Shown here: one piece after another, positions 10,717-23,293 of the stretch | Numbering within the stretch: the stretch's first letter is position 1 | Layout: each line of letters begins with the position of its first letter | Assembly: GCF_963506605.1 (NCBI RefSeq) | Contig: NC_083282.1 | Location: 76,632,001-76,696,000 of the forward strand | Direction of reading: 5' to 3' | DNA: 64,000 bases | From: Zootoca vivipara | Lineage: Eukaryota | Program-made: the position numbers and the translations under genes | Notes under the pieces: model-generated | Database searches by the model: none | Told to the model about the DNA's origin: nothing | What the model saw: only the letters and a program-made list of their open reading frames with translations

Positions 10717-13286
10717 TCTAAGTCATAGGCCCACTGAATTTGGCCTTTTCACTTATCATTTATACGTTGGAAGACTCAGATATGGAATGTTTGGAAATGG
10801 CTACTCCAACCGTCAGGAGAATTTTTCAAAAATCCGGAATTTTTGGTGTATGTTGTAACTGTGTCTTTTATATACTCAATTTGTGCATGTTTGAAAGACG
10901 CCTGATTCCACCCTGTAACCTTTAGCCAATTTGAGATATTTAGCTCCAGAGTTTCTATACCTCTGCAGGCTGAAAATAATCACAGAGATATTTACTGCTG
11001 GGGGTGAGGGGTGGGGGAGATAACCAAGAAGTGATTGCAATTGATGGTGAATTATTGTGGGATCATAAAAGTGCTTAACTTTGGATGGAATATGTCAAAC
11101 TCCACCTGCCCTTCTCAGCTGTAGTGCTGAAGGTGGCCAGTTACGTACTGTCAAAAGAAAATGTGGGAAATGTTATCACTGAAACGGAGGGCGAAAAATG
11201 ACATGGGATTTGTATATAATAAGCATAGGCTAAGGTATATTTATAGATGCAAATGCAGAAAAAAATTACTGAAATGTAATTATTGCAAAATTACATGCAG
11301 TATTTGTGTTGCATGTTGCAATATAAATAGAAATCTAATACATCTCATGCAGGTGGGGTCACCTGTTGGTCTGCCTGCTCAGTCTGCTGTCCAGATGATG
11401 GGTAACGTCAAGGCTCCCCCCCTCCCCTCTCTTCATACGGCTCTATCTTGAAACCAGACTTGGACCAAACAGCCCTTCAAACAAGGATGCCTTTCAAAGA
11501 GAGGACCATCCTCTGTAGCGCTGCATGGATCTTTGTCGCTTTACCTATTCATATTTCTTGAAAAGAAATTAGACAAGGAAGAAATGATAACTTTGATGAA
11601 ACAATTAGAACTGCTTTTCTACAGAAAGCGCTATTCTAAGGTTTTTGTGTGAGCCCATAGAATCTCTTCTACTTTAGAAATGTCAGCGAGGTAGGGGAAG
11701 AATACACAACAGCATCAGGACATAATCATGTTGCATTAAACTCATGCCTTAGTGGGAGAATGTGTTGTGTGGTTAGCTTTACTGTGTGATAAACCATGAA
11801 GGAGCCTTTTATCCAGAATAGTGGCATTATAGGCCGCCCCAGGAGGGAAAATTAATGTGAAAAACTTGGAAAGCAGTTGAAGTCTATTGAAAGGCGAATC
11901 AATTAATGTATAATAAGATAATTCCCAAAACTGTTGCTGCCAACGGGAGTGAGTGGAAAAGGCATTACATGGCTAATGTTTGCTGGTATCGAGTTCCATT
12001 AGCAAAGCCATTGGCCACAATCCAGCACAGAACCACATACACAAGTCAGATTGCTTTTAGATGGGCTTCATCATGTGTAACTGTATACTGAATTGCAACT
12101 TTCATTCTCTTGCACAGAGATGTAGGACTGGAAAGGGGGAGTCATTTCTAGCTAATTGGTATTTATGTCTCCTTAAGTAATTGATTAAGATCATCTCACC
12201 CCTTATGTATTTAATCAATCACTGCGCTGTTCAGGTGATAGCCTCCTACAAATACCATCTTATCATGAGGTCAGTTCAGCACAATGTAGGAATTTCATGT
12301 CATGGCACCTTCTCTTTCGAATTCCCTCTCTTTGAACACCAGACAGGTCCCATCTCTGTTGCCTTTTCAGAATCTAATAGAGACCTTCTTCTTTTACCAT
12401 TTTAAGTTGATATCTTTTCTGGTCTACATCTGTAATGGAATCATTTTTTTCCCAGATCCTTTCAAGACATGTTTACTGTTTTAAAGCTTTATCACTTGTT
12501 GTTCGTGGCTCTGGGTGCTTTTGAGACTAAGGGCAGGATATACATTTAATACACAGATAATACCGGTAATAATAAAATGAATGAAATTGTATTTCACTGT
12601 GATAGGACGTCAGAAGAAACCCCATCTCAGCACCTCTGATTAATCTTGGGGCCTAGATTAGAAGACTGTAATACTACTTTATGCTGTTGAAAAAGCTACA
12701 GGTGCAAGGGAAAGGGAGGGGGGGAGCCACCTCAACAGGAATAGGAAAAACCAAAGGAATTTTGAACACTAGCCTGGATTTCAAAGACGCTACATCCATG
12801 ACATCCATTCTTTGGATGTCAGAGAATGTATGTATGGCTGTCCATACATTCACATACAGGGGAACAACCCCAAACATTTAGGAGTAGCACCCACACCTTA
12901 GATTGGGGTGACTTTGCAACTTGCTGCACCACATTAGCAGTAATAAGACAGTCACATAATACCCTAAAATAAACTTTTTCCAAAACAACAACATAAAATT
13001 GATATCACATTTATATTGATTTGATACCAAGCCATATACAATGAATATTAAAAGGTTGAAAATCTGGGGAAAGGGGCAAGACTTGGAAGTGGAAGAGCAT
13101 CTGTCACCTTTCTGATGATGTACAATATTACAGTATATTCTTCTCAAAGGAACAGTTCAGCAAAAGTGGAGAAGAATGCAATAGCCTCCTAAGCACTGCA
13201 TCATCTGAGTTTTAACATGGAAGGGAGTAGGCAGTGCTTTTTTGGGGGGAGGATGAAGGGGTGTGCATACTCCTAAACATTTTAGA

Positions 13287-13387
13287 TTCAGGTAGGTAGC
13301 TGTGTTGATCTGACACAGTCAAAATAAATAAACAATTGTCCAGTAGCTCCTTAGAGACCAACTAAGTTTGTTCTGGGTATAAGCTTT
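13287..13387. mobile_element. Penelope-like element remnant (truncated at the start of the hammerhead motif)
   Basis: caggtaggtagctgtgttgatctg...ccagtagctccttagagaccaactaagtttgttctgggtataagcttt, homologous to the 30400 copy. Confidence 0.7.
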
Positions 13388-13994
13388 GATTGACTCAATG
13401 GGTATGGTAAACCTGTTGACGACTGAAAACATTTTGTGAATCTTTGTACTTTTGTACACTTACTGTATTTATTTTTCCCGATTTGAACTATAAAATGGTG
13501 GTTTTCTTGAGTCAAAATGAGAGTAGGTATTGAAATAAGCATTGAGTTACTCAGTTGTGAATCTATCATGGTTAGGCTTTTCAAAAAAAGCATCTTAACA
13601 TTGGGTGTTTGTGCATAATGTCTGAGGGACCTTTCCAGGAAGAGACCCACACTCTGCTCTTCCATCTTTGCTTGAACAATGTTACACTTCCTTGAGCGAA
13701 AAAGCTGGATGAGGAACCCAAGGGGTTCCTTGGGGCAATAATACCATGTGAGGTGCTAAGGAAGCCATGAAATCCAAACACTGTATCCCACAGTGCAGTA
13801 AGAGGATAAGAAGACCATGCTGGATCCATGGCTCCTTGCCCAACATTCTGTACTCAGAGCTGCCAAGCAGACACCAATGGAAAACCCAAAGGTAGGACCC
13901 AAGCACAAGAGCCCCCCCCCCTCCTTCAGAGTCCAGCAAATGGAATTCAGAAGTATTGCCGTTTCGACCAGAGGCAGAGCATTGCCATTGTGGC

Positions 13995-14737
13995 TAGGGC
14001 CTTCTTGGTAGTGGCAGCCTCCCTGTGGAACGCCCTCCCATCAGATGTCAAGGAAAGAAACAACTATCTGACTTTTAGAAGACATCTGTAGGCAACCCTG
14101 TTTAGGGAAGTTTTTAATGTTTGATGTTTTATCGTGTCACGGTGTCACGGTCCGGTCGGCGGGTGGTTGAAGCCCTGGCTGAGGACGTCAGGACCAGAGG
14201 CAAGATGGTGGTGTAGAAGCAGGAACAGGTGCAGGGCTGAGGGTCCAGCAGCAGGCAGTCGCAGGGTCAAGGAGCAAGGCAGAGGCGAAGGTCTGGGAGT
14301 CAAGGAGCAAGGCGTCAGCAAAGCAAAGGTCCAAGGGTCGAGGAGCAAGGCATCAGCAAGGCAAGGGTCCAGGGGTCGAGGATCAAGGCATCAGCAAGGC
14401 GAGGGTCCAAGGAGCAAGGGGCGAGAGGCCAGATGCAACCAGGCAGGGATAGCGTTGCTGTGGCAAAGAGCTGAAGGGAAATGCTGAGCTTTTATCCCTC
14501 CCAGCTCCTGCCACCAGGTGCAGTGAGGTATCAAGTGGCCTCACCTGAGTGGCCACTCCTTGCTTCTCCAACACAAGCTGAGGCAGGCTCCAGTCCTGCA
14601 AAGCACTACAGGCCCCAGAGCCTGACTCCTGCCCATACTCCTGACAGGGAGCCGCCCAAAGTGGCTGGGGCAAACCCAGCAAGATGGGTGGGATATAAAT
14701 AATAAATTATTGTTATCATCATCATCATCATCATTAT
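13995..14737 (+). mobile_element. L2 LINE 3' end, interrupted by the 14135-14646 insertion
   Basis: RAFLVVAASLWNALPSDVKERNNYLTFRRHL (L2 ORF2 C-terminus); resumes at 14647 gggagccgcccaaagtggctgggg..tataaataataaatt. Confidence 0.8.
14135..14646 (-). mobile_element. Probable solo LTR (Gypsy-like)
   Basis: Termini TGTCA...TGACA; ~510 bp; TATA-like GGGATAAAAG on the minus strand (~14490); internal tandem caaggcatcagcaaggc..ggtc repeats; no TSD found. Confidence 0.55.
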
Positions 14738-17700
14738 AGTAGACACTGACAGTCTTAGCCTTCATGGATTTGGGGACAACATCCCCATTAGGACGACGAG
14801 GACATCTTTCTTTCTCTTCGCACGCCCTTTAAAAAGTTGCAGTTAAGTAATGGAAAACAGGGTGTGAGGATAACTAATGGAAAACAGAGTGCATTACCCA
14901 GCCCACAGCCCTCATTCTGCTTCTGCAACACCATGTTTTTGGGCCAAGCAACAGCTCTTTAAAGCTACAATGCCCCGCACATCTGGTTTGGTGATGGCAG
15001 GAACATGTTGTGAGGGTGCCAACCCTTCACAAGCAAATGGCTTGTGACAGCTCAGAGGTTCCCACACAGACAGAAGCCACCCTCTGCCACAAACTGTGTT
15101 TGTTTCCCGACAGGAGTTTCTGGAATCAGGCTGGGAGAGCTTCTCGCAGCTGAACTAAATTAACGTACCCTGTACATACTGTTTTGATATCTACATCTGG
15201 TAAGTGATATATAGCCACATCAAACTGTTGGTTTTTTTAATTATCAAAAAAGCGATTGCTGGAGATGTCATGTAAGTAATTTGAAACTAATGAAATGATT
15301 CTGATTCCCTCTGCTCAAAGGCCTCAGAGTGCTTCTGAAGCAAGCTTCATTTTAAGTGGCATCCAGAAATCACCCAAGCATTGACTTATACACTTATTTT
15401 TCGAAAATCAAACATTTAGAGGAATCTGCACATATTTATTCATTTCAAATACCTTTGCGCAGGTGGGAAGCAACTTTCCTGAGTGAACTATAGTGTCTTT
15501 TGACACTTGAGGGGCATATTTTTTAGGACCCACCTTATTTTTGTGATTGTAAGTAGTTTTAAACTTTTTAATATTGTGTTTTGATGTAACCCTTCCTGAG
15601 ACCTGAGGGTAAAGGGCAGGCAACAAACAAACAAACAAACAACCTGGCAAGAGGATGCAGACTGTTGTTTAATGGTTAAAAAATGTTCTTCTCGGCTCCG
15701 CTCATTAAAACAATGATGGAAATATCCAAAACCAAGCATAGAATTAAATGCCTGGTGTAAAACTACATTTCTGAGAGCGGAAATTGTGTTTGCTTCTTTA
15801 AATCAGATGTTTAATTCGTCTTGGCTCAGTGATGCCATTAGCATTTAATAGATGGGCAAGTTTCGCTTAAATTGGGAGTTGAAACTTACTTTCATGCTTA
15901 CAGCTTCATACTTACATACCACTAAGCTCAATGGGACTCACTTTTAAGTAGCCATGTGCCACTGCAGGTCTCTCCATTGAGCTGAATGGGGATGACATAA
16001 TGTGCAAGAATAATGTGCAAGGTGTGTATATAATTGCACACAGCCCCCTGATCTAGGCAAATGGCTGTACATTTTCAATGTAGCTCTCCTGCAGTGAGTG
16101 ATAGAGATACTTGCAGATCTGGTGAGAAGGGCTTTTGAAAATAAATCTTAAATCTCAGATATACAGCTTCTGAACCAAATGCCAGATCTAACACAGCGAG
16201 ATGTTGAAGGCCCATTGAGCTGCTGAAGCAGAGCTGATTTTTAATGCACCCAATCTGCATTCAATCACTGATAACTTTTCTGTTGGGTTGTCAATTCTTT
16301 TTTTATGTGAATTTTTTTTGCCTCCACCATGTCATTCTTTTCCACACAGAGGTTTTGGCAGGACTAGTTTTTTGTTCTCTCATCATGCTCGTAGAAGAAT
16401 AAGGGAGTGAAAATGTGGATTATTATATAAAGTGGATTATTATATGGGCACTGCTTTTTGATAGCAGAGGAACATCTGGCTTGAAATGTAAAGAAAACAG
16501 GTTTCACCCATTTCCCATGCAGCTTATTGTGAGATTGGCTGTGTGTGAAGTCTTCCATTATTTCTATACTTCTTAAGGAGCCAAAGCAAGGTTGGTGTCA
16601 GGAGGTGGCATAGTTTGGACTCTGTCAAGACCAGTAAGGGACTCAATGCCAATCCCTGGAACTTCCTGACCCTTTCTGCTCCTCCTCCTCATTGGAAGAA
16701 CAGGCTTCATCCGTGTCATTTCCAGGTAGGGCTGGAAGAGACCCCCTGACTGAAATTCTGGAGAGTCACCACTAGTTAGTGCAGACATTGCCAAGCTTCC
16801 TCTGTGCTTCCTCCGTGCTTCACTCTTGCTGCCAGTTCACCTGCACCCTGAGTAAACAAGCACGGAAAGGAACAAGGATGAGTGTGGCCATTTACATACC
16901 TTGTCCTCACTGTCCAAGATGTGGTGCTTATTAACAAATAGACAGGCAGCAACATTGGCGGTGAGGATGGGGTCCCATGGACGTTTTGACCAAGAGGACC
17001 CCCCCCCCACACACACAAAGAAAAACACACCTTGAACCAGTGGTGACAATAAAATATTGCGGAAGCCCAGGTAAGCCCTGCCCCACACAATCGATCACAT
17101 GATGCAGTGCACAAACTCCAACTGAATGGGAATGCCCATCTACTTTCTGGGGGCCCAGCCCCCACAAGTATTTTATTGTGGGGGCCAAAGCCCGCACAGC
17201 CCCTAGGAGTTGGCTCCTATGCCTTGAACTGACATTGAATCAAATAATGATTGCACAGGGTTAAGGAGAGGCAGAGCTTGTTTTCTTGGGAGATGCAACA
17301 GCAGTGCTGCACCTAGGACCCCATCTTGGAGTATTTGCTTTTAATCGTAACAAAGAGCAACAGAAATGGGTCTAGTCGCTGAGAAACATGACAAACTATG
17401 CTTGACGGTGACAAACCATCACCACGGATTGAAAATAAGATCCTGAAATTAAAAATATGACTCAAGTCTTCACAAAGGTCTAAATGAAATGGAAAGAGCT
17501 GAGGTCAATTCATGGTTGCCAAGCAATATCGAAGATGGGTGCAAGTCAAGATGCTTTTTCCCATCCCAGCATTCATAGACAGCCTCCATCTCCACTTTGC
17601 GCCCAAATACACGCTCCCTGTGAAATCTCTTATTACATTTGTTCTCCTGCTGCTGAAGCTATTTTAAACCACCATTTTTAATAATAGCATCCAAGATGTG

Positions 17701-18104
17701 ACAAGCAGGGTGGGTACATTTGCTGGGAGGAATGCAGCATATCATTCTACTAGTTTTAGCTGGGCCTCACAGGGTAGTTTGCTAAATATATTTGTTAATT
17801 CAGCCTTGCTAGGAGAATTGTGCAGAAATTTCCACTGGCAAGCCTAAGGCTGCCACCTGGTGGTTGCTGACTCCACTCCAGTCCTTTTTATTTTACTTTT
17901 AATGTACTGTACTATTTGGAATCAACGAGATTGCCGGAATAAGCCAGGGTCTCAGGCTCATTTATTGTTGAATGTTCATTTTTTTCCAGTAACCATTCTC
18001 CATCATTTAAAAGTCAAGGCTGCTGCTGTTGCTTTAAATGCCTTCCTCAAGCAGAGAAGGAACATAACGGTTTTCAATGTAACACAATAAATGAAGGATT
18101 GGAC

Positions 18105-19579
18105 TGTTAGGAAACATTGGAGTTTATTAAATGCCCTATTTTAAGCCAAAATCAAAATATCCCTCTTCTGTGTGCTAGATACAGAAGCCACTCTAAGGAA
18201 CTTCTATGCATGCCCAACGAAAAGCATTTCAGAGGAGACTATGGCTTTTTAGTTTATTATGATATAGAAGAATGTTAGTTTTGTCTTTATGCCCCTTAAT
18301 TTTTTTGTATCTGGGTCAACATGGATGATTCATTTAAGGCACTCACTCCAAAATAATGTTACTTCTGGCCTGAGATTGCTGATATTTTTCATTACATTGT
18401 AGCAAGTAATTTGGAAACAAATTACTCTGCTAATGATAATACTGATCAAACAGAAAACATTTCTAAAACAGGGAAAAATAAAGTACATTATATACATAAC
18501 CATGATTTCATTTTAACTTACAACCCACTGTAATCTATTTTCTTTTCTTTTCTTTAAAAAATGTATTAAAGACTACTTAAATACTGCAAGGTTTTAAATA
18601 ACGTAACAATATTTTCAGTGAACTGAGATCTACTACGTATCTGCCAGCATTATTGGCCCCATTTGAAACAAATACTTCATAAATTTAAACCTTGTATATA
18701 AGGAAAAAGTTCCAAAACAGATACTCCATTCCACATAAATAAGTATAGTTTTGTCCTTGCTTCAAAAATGCTCAGCTGTTCAAATTATTGGAAAACAGGG
18801 CTGTGGTTGCTTCCCCTTTCATCATATCTTTCCATTTCAGAAAGAATCATTCATTGCTAAATCTGCCCTGTAAAATATATTGTTGTATTTCCAGAATACA
18901 TAATGGACCATTAGTAAAAAGTGTTAATTGCAAACCTTGAACTTTACAGTAAAAGTTAAAAGGAAATTCTCGTAGAAAGTCCTATGGAATGTGCACTCTG
19001 CGGAGTAGAATCTGGTTCATACTGGGCTGAAGTGGAAAATGGCTCCAGGAGAAATCCTTTGAACAAACCAGAGGTGTGTGCTATTCACAATTTCAAAGTG
19101 CAAGTTGGTGGGTTTTCTTTTTTAAAAAGAGTGTTTGTGAGGCTCTTGTTCAAGGCCACTAGCCAACACTGTGCAGGAAACAGGATGACAGTCCAAAACA
19201 GCATGACAGGTAGATGATGTGCTTCACTTAGATTTGCTAAGTCCACAATGTCCAGTCAGCACCACAATCAATTCCTTATCGCAGGGTTTTGTCCTCCTGT
19301 GATATCCTTCCTGGTACTGGGCAGAAGTCATTCCTCGGTTTCAGAACTCCTGCAGCAACCAACCGCAAAACAGAGTAACCAGGCCTGCCTATATAAAAAA
19401 GCAGGAGATGCATGGAAAGGCAGTTTTAGTGCACCAGACTGCCTAGAAGCACAGAACCCACAACCCTCCTCTCTCTTCTGGACTCAGCACCATGGGCAAA
19501 AGGTAGGATCAGTGCTCAGGAAGCATCACTCTCTGCTGAACACTTCTGTGATTCCGGGATATGGGAGTTTCCTTCACTT
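18105..19579 (-). other. PREX1: PREX1 3' UTR (approximate 3' end)
   Basis: AT-rich sequence with no recognisable repeats following the stop; AATAAA on the minus strand at 18258-18253 and 18128-18123. Confidence 0.6.
18123..18128 (-). terminator. Probable polyadenylation signal (AATAAA)
   Basis: Minus strand reads gcatttAATAAActccaatgtttcctaacag...ttattgtgtt, i.e. the hexamer followed by a U/GU-rich downstream element. Confidence 0.55.
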
Positions 19580-19622
19580 CTATAAATCTCCATCTGCAGG
19601 GGGCTGACACAACTTGTAGATT
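19580..19622 (-). CDS. PREX1: PREX1 last coding exon with stop
   Basis: IYKLCQPPADGDL* (human LYRLCQPPVDGDL*), diagnostic for PREX1 rather than PREX2; acceptor ttacag; TAG at 19582-19580. Confidence 0.95.
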
Positions 19623-19685
19623 CTGTAAAGGCGTGACATAAAAAAAGTTGATATTACAAAAGGGACACTAATGGCCAATGGAATA

Positions 19686-19926
19686 CAGTCGTACCTTGGA
19701 AGTCGAACAGAATCTGTTCCGGAAGTCCGTTCGACTTCCAAAACGTTTGTGGAAATCAAAGTGCGGCTTCTGATTGGCTGCAGGAAGCTCCTGCAGCCAA
19801 TTGGAAGGCTGCGGAAGCCCTGTCAGACATTCAGCTTCCAAAGAACGTTTGCAAACTTGTGGATTTGTGGCGTTCGGGAGCCAAAATGTCTGAGTACCAA
19901 GGCGTTCAGGATCCAAGGTACGACTG
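19686..19926. mobile_element. Tc1/mariner (Tigger-like) MITE
   Basis: TIR CAGTCGTACCTTGGA / TCCAAGGTACGACTG; TA on the left. Confidence 0.85.
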
Positions 19927-20993
19927 TGTAGCAAAATAATTTCAAATAATAACTGTGTAGTTAAAATAATTTCAAGTGATTGTCATCTAAGGGCAACAGT
20001 GACACTGCCAACACGAGGAGGAGGATGGGACTGGTGACAGGAAGAGTATGACAGGCAATCCTCTCCACTCCAGATCTCTTGGGTTTTGTAAGCCATGAGT
20101 GGTGGCTTTGGATAAACCATTCTTCAGCCCTCTGATATTGTTTTGGGTAACCTTCCTTCAGCATTTAAACATCTGTAAGTCCAAAATCTGTGTGCTAAAT
20201 CATTTTAATGATCAGACTGCTTTTTAGAACGCTTGCTGTAGCCCATAGCCAAAGCTTATGAATTATCTTTGCTTATCAGTTGTCAGTTCTGCTATTGTAG
20301 CAACTCACCATTCCTCAGGCAGCTGACAATGCCCTGACAGCCGCAAGATAACCATCACAAATTTATTTTATACAAAATGGAGCTACCCATTGCTATTTTT
20401 CTAGAAACAGAGGTGCCAGAACTGAGTTCTGGCTGAAAACAAGCCCTGGAACTACCCAAAAGGGCTAGGAGGAGTGTGAGATGACTTGAACAACAGCTAT
20501 AAAAATCCTGCTGCAACCTGTAAAGCACAGTATACACTAGATTGGGTCAGTGTTAAATGCCTATGTAATATTAGGGATGGACTGAGTTGCCACGTCCCAT
20601 GTCACTTGCGCTCAACTCAGAGATCCATTCCTTCCTTGTTTCTGCAGTTTTCTTTTTTAAAAAAATGTACAAAGCCCTTCATTTAAGCTGCATGCATTTT
20701 GTACATATCTCTATGTAAGAAGCACATTTTTGAATGCATTCATTGTAAAGCACACATTTTGTGTGCTTCTTAATGAAAAATACTCTCTTTTTTGCACTGA
20801 AACTACACAGCAAAATATGAAAGAGGAATCCAACTGGGATTTGAATTTTGATCCGCAGGAAAGTCTGGGAGTAAAAAGGGAAATGAATGAATGTTTCCCC
20901 TTTCCCTAATATCATAGAATCATGTGTGTGTGTATACAAAAAGTTGAAGATGCATTTTTTCAGGTGAAATCCTTGCTGTATAGAGTCACCTAC

Positions 20994-21061
20994 CGGGGTG
21001 CAGACTGTGGCATCTGATCCATCACTTTCAGATTTTTTGCAGAGATTTCAACTCTTGGTCC
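20994..21061 (-). CDS. PREX1: PREX1 penultimate coding exon
   Basis: GPRVEISAKNLKVMDQMPQSAP(R); ctttag / GTAGGT; 68 nt, phase 0-2. Confidence 0.95.
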
Positions 21062-21347
21062 CTAAAGAATCAAAAAACAAAAAACATTAGGTGGTGTGTT
21101 GGCAGAACGAGCGAGAGAGTGCAACCCTGGAGAAAAACCCTGAAAGACAAATATATTATTTTTCTTTGAAAGCACTTTAGCTTCAGCTACCAGCTTTGGA
21201 AAGCACCAAGGTAGTCCATTAGTCATCTGTGTTTACTTAAGATGAAAGGATTCCCAAAGCACTCTGCAACTGCTCCAGCCCAACACTGTAAGATTATCAC
21301 AATATATATGCTGTAGGCCACCCGGAGTGGCGGGGTATTTATTAGTA

Positions 21348-21586
21348 CAGTCGTACCTCGAGTTGCGAACACCTCGGGTTACGAACAACTCGGGTTACGA
21401 ACTGCGCAAACCCGGAAGTATTTTCGCCGCGTGCGTGTGCGCAGAAGCGCTGCGCACATTTGCGCATGCGTAAAGCGCAAAAATAGCGCTTTGCGCATGT
21501 GCAAAATGGCATTTTGGGGTTATGAACTTTTCGGGTTACGAACTGCGACCCGGAACGGATCGCGTTCGTAACCCAAGGTACCACTG
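21348..21586. mobile_element. Tc1/mariner (Tigger-like) MITE, CpG-rich
   Basis: TA|CAGTCGTACCTCG ... CAAGGTACCACTG|TA; internal gggttacgaac repeats. Confidence 0.88.
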
Positions 21587-21890
21587 TATTAGTATTATTA
21601 AACAGAATGAAAACAAGAATATGGACAGCATGCAGAGGACTTTGAGCACAAACATAGTATGGACCACTGCCCCTTTAAGCATAAATATTTGCAATGGGCT
21701 TATTTTTCTACTATGCCTGTTTTTGGATACCATTAATATAATGGAACATACTGACATTCTGCATGTGAAAATCTAAGGGCTTAGGACTTAAGCACAATCT
21801 GCATCCTTTGGATATACACAAAAATGCCCTGTTTGAAATATTTGCAGCTCCTGTTTTCCTTTTTTCAATCAACCCTTCATAAAGGCTTAC

Positions 21891-21993
21891 TTGTTTTCTC
21901 ATGATGTCTGTTGCCTGCATGATACACTTAGGCAGGAGTCCGTGACTTCGAGCCAATATAGCTGCTTGTTCCAAGGACACGCTCAGCGTACTC
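21891..21993 (-). CDS. PREX1: PREX1 coding exon
   Basis: [34 protein letters not shown]; ttttag / GTAAGC; 103 nt, phase 2-0. Confidence 0.97.
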
Positions 21994-23105
21994 CTAAAAA
22001 CAGAACATAAAGAATGTCACTTCCAGAAGTCAAATGCCTATTCGTATAAAGTGGCACAGGGTGCGATCCTATGGTCCCTGGGCCACAGGACTTTTGACTT
22101 TCCCTATCTGAGGGTGGATGGAAAGGTCTCCTCTCAGGGAGATTTGACCTTGCAAGGCTCCTACCTACAAACCCTCTTCTACATCCAGGACACATCCACC
22201 ACTCTCTACTCTGATGTCAGATAGAACAAAAAGGAGGCATGTCAGGATGGGCTGTGGATCTGCAGATTTCAACAGCCCCCTGTTCTTCCCGAGTTTTGGA
22301 GAAAAGCTATGCAAGCCCTGTAGCTGGTGCAGTTTATTTTCAAAGGACAACCGGCTGCAAAATGCCACATATAAAAAAGCCGCACCTCATTCCTCCCTGT
22401 CCCTTTGGATTGTTGCATCTGAGGGTTGTTGGTTCCACCCACCCCCACCCACCAGCAAAACCAATTTTCAAAACCGTTCTTTCATTTCAAAGGTCCTGCT
22501 TTCTCTGAGTTCCAGTTGAAAACTGCATTGGTTTATTTCTATTTTAAATGGCAAAGCTTTACAGTTTATCATTACTGTTTTTAATCCTGCTTTATATTGT
22601 TTCCGTGATAGTTTTTATGGTGAGCGTTTTAACTTTGCATGCAAAACGGAAACAAAAATGTGGAACTCTGGACAAGCCAAGTGAAAGGTAAAGTACTGGA
22701 AACAAATAATCGCGTAAGTATGTTGAAGGTACTCCATGCATTCGAAGTTCAAGCAAGCCAAAGATGAAGGTATAAACTAATTTATTCCAGAGTCACCTCC
22801 TCTGAGAAGCAGAAAATGAACCTAAATAACTTAGATCCAGTGCTGAAACATGTGTCTGTAGATGGTGACTCACATGATTTCTCCGTGCAAAAACAACAAA
22901 CAACACAGAAAACTGGATGCTATATTCTCCCTGACATCCAAGTTTTATATGCAGAGGGATTGTCTCTGTTTTTGAATGAAGAAGCATTCAGTCATGCAAA
23001 TCCCCACTTGCAATGGCAGAGCCCAGGGATCTACCAGTAGGTCACTTTTTAAAAAATGTTCATTCCAGAGGAACGCAACATTTGTTTTGATTTAAAAGCT
23101 CTCAC

Positions 23106-23293
23106 CTTTGCATTCCAGTGCCGCACATTACAATCTGGCAGGCTCCGAGGCGATAACAGAGTTCAGAGGATATAGGCAGCAGTCCAGCCCCTGCTACGTA
23201 ACTACTGGAATATCCCGACTGGCTGCTTTTTGTGCTGACAAAAGATTTCATTAGTCTGCAAAGCTCATCCATTGCATTGATGGGACGGATAAG
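23106..23293 (-). CDS. PREX1: PREX1 coding exon containing the CX5R-like motif
   Basis: [62 protein letters not shown](R); ttgtag / GTGAGA; 188 nt, phase 0-2. Confidence 0.96.

Noticed and set aside
1-18000. A second protein-coding gene in the left 18 kb
   Set aside because: The short ORFs show no recognisable host-protein similarity or chain of splice-compatible exons; the recognisable ones are TE-derived.
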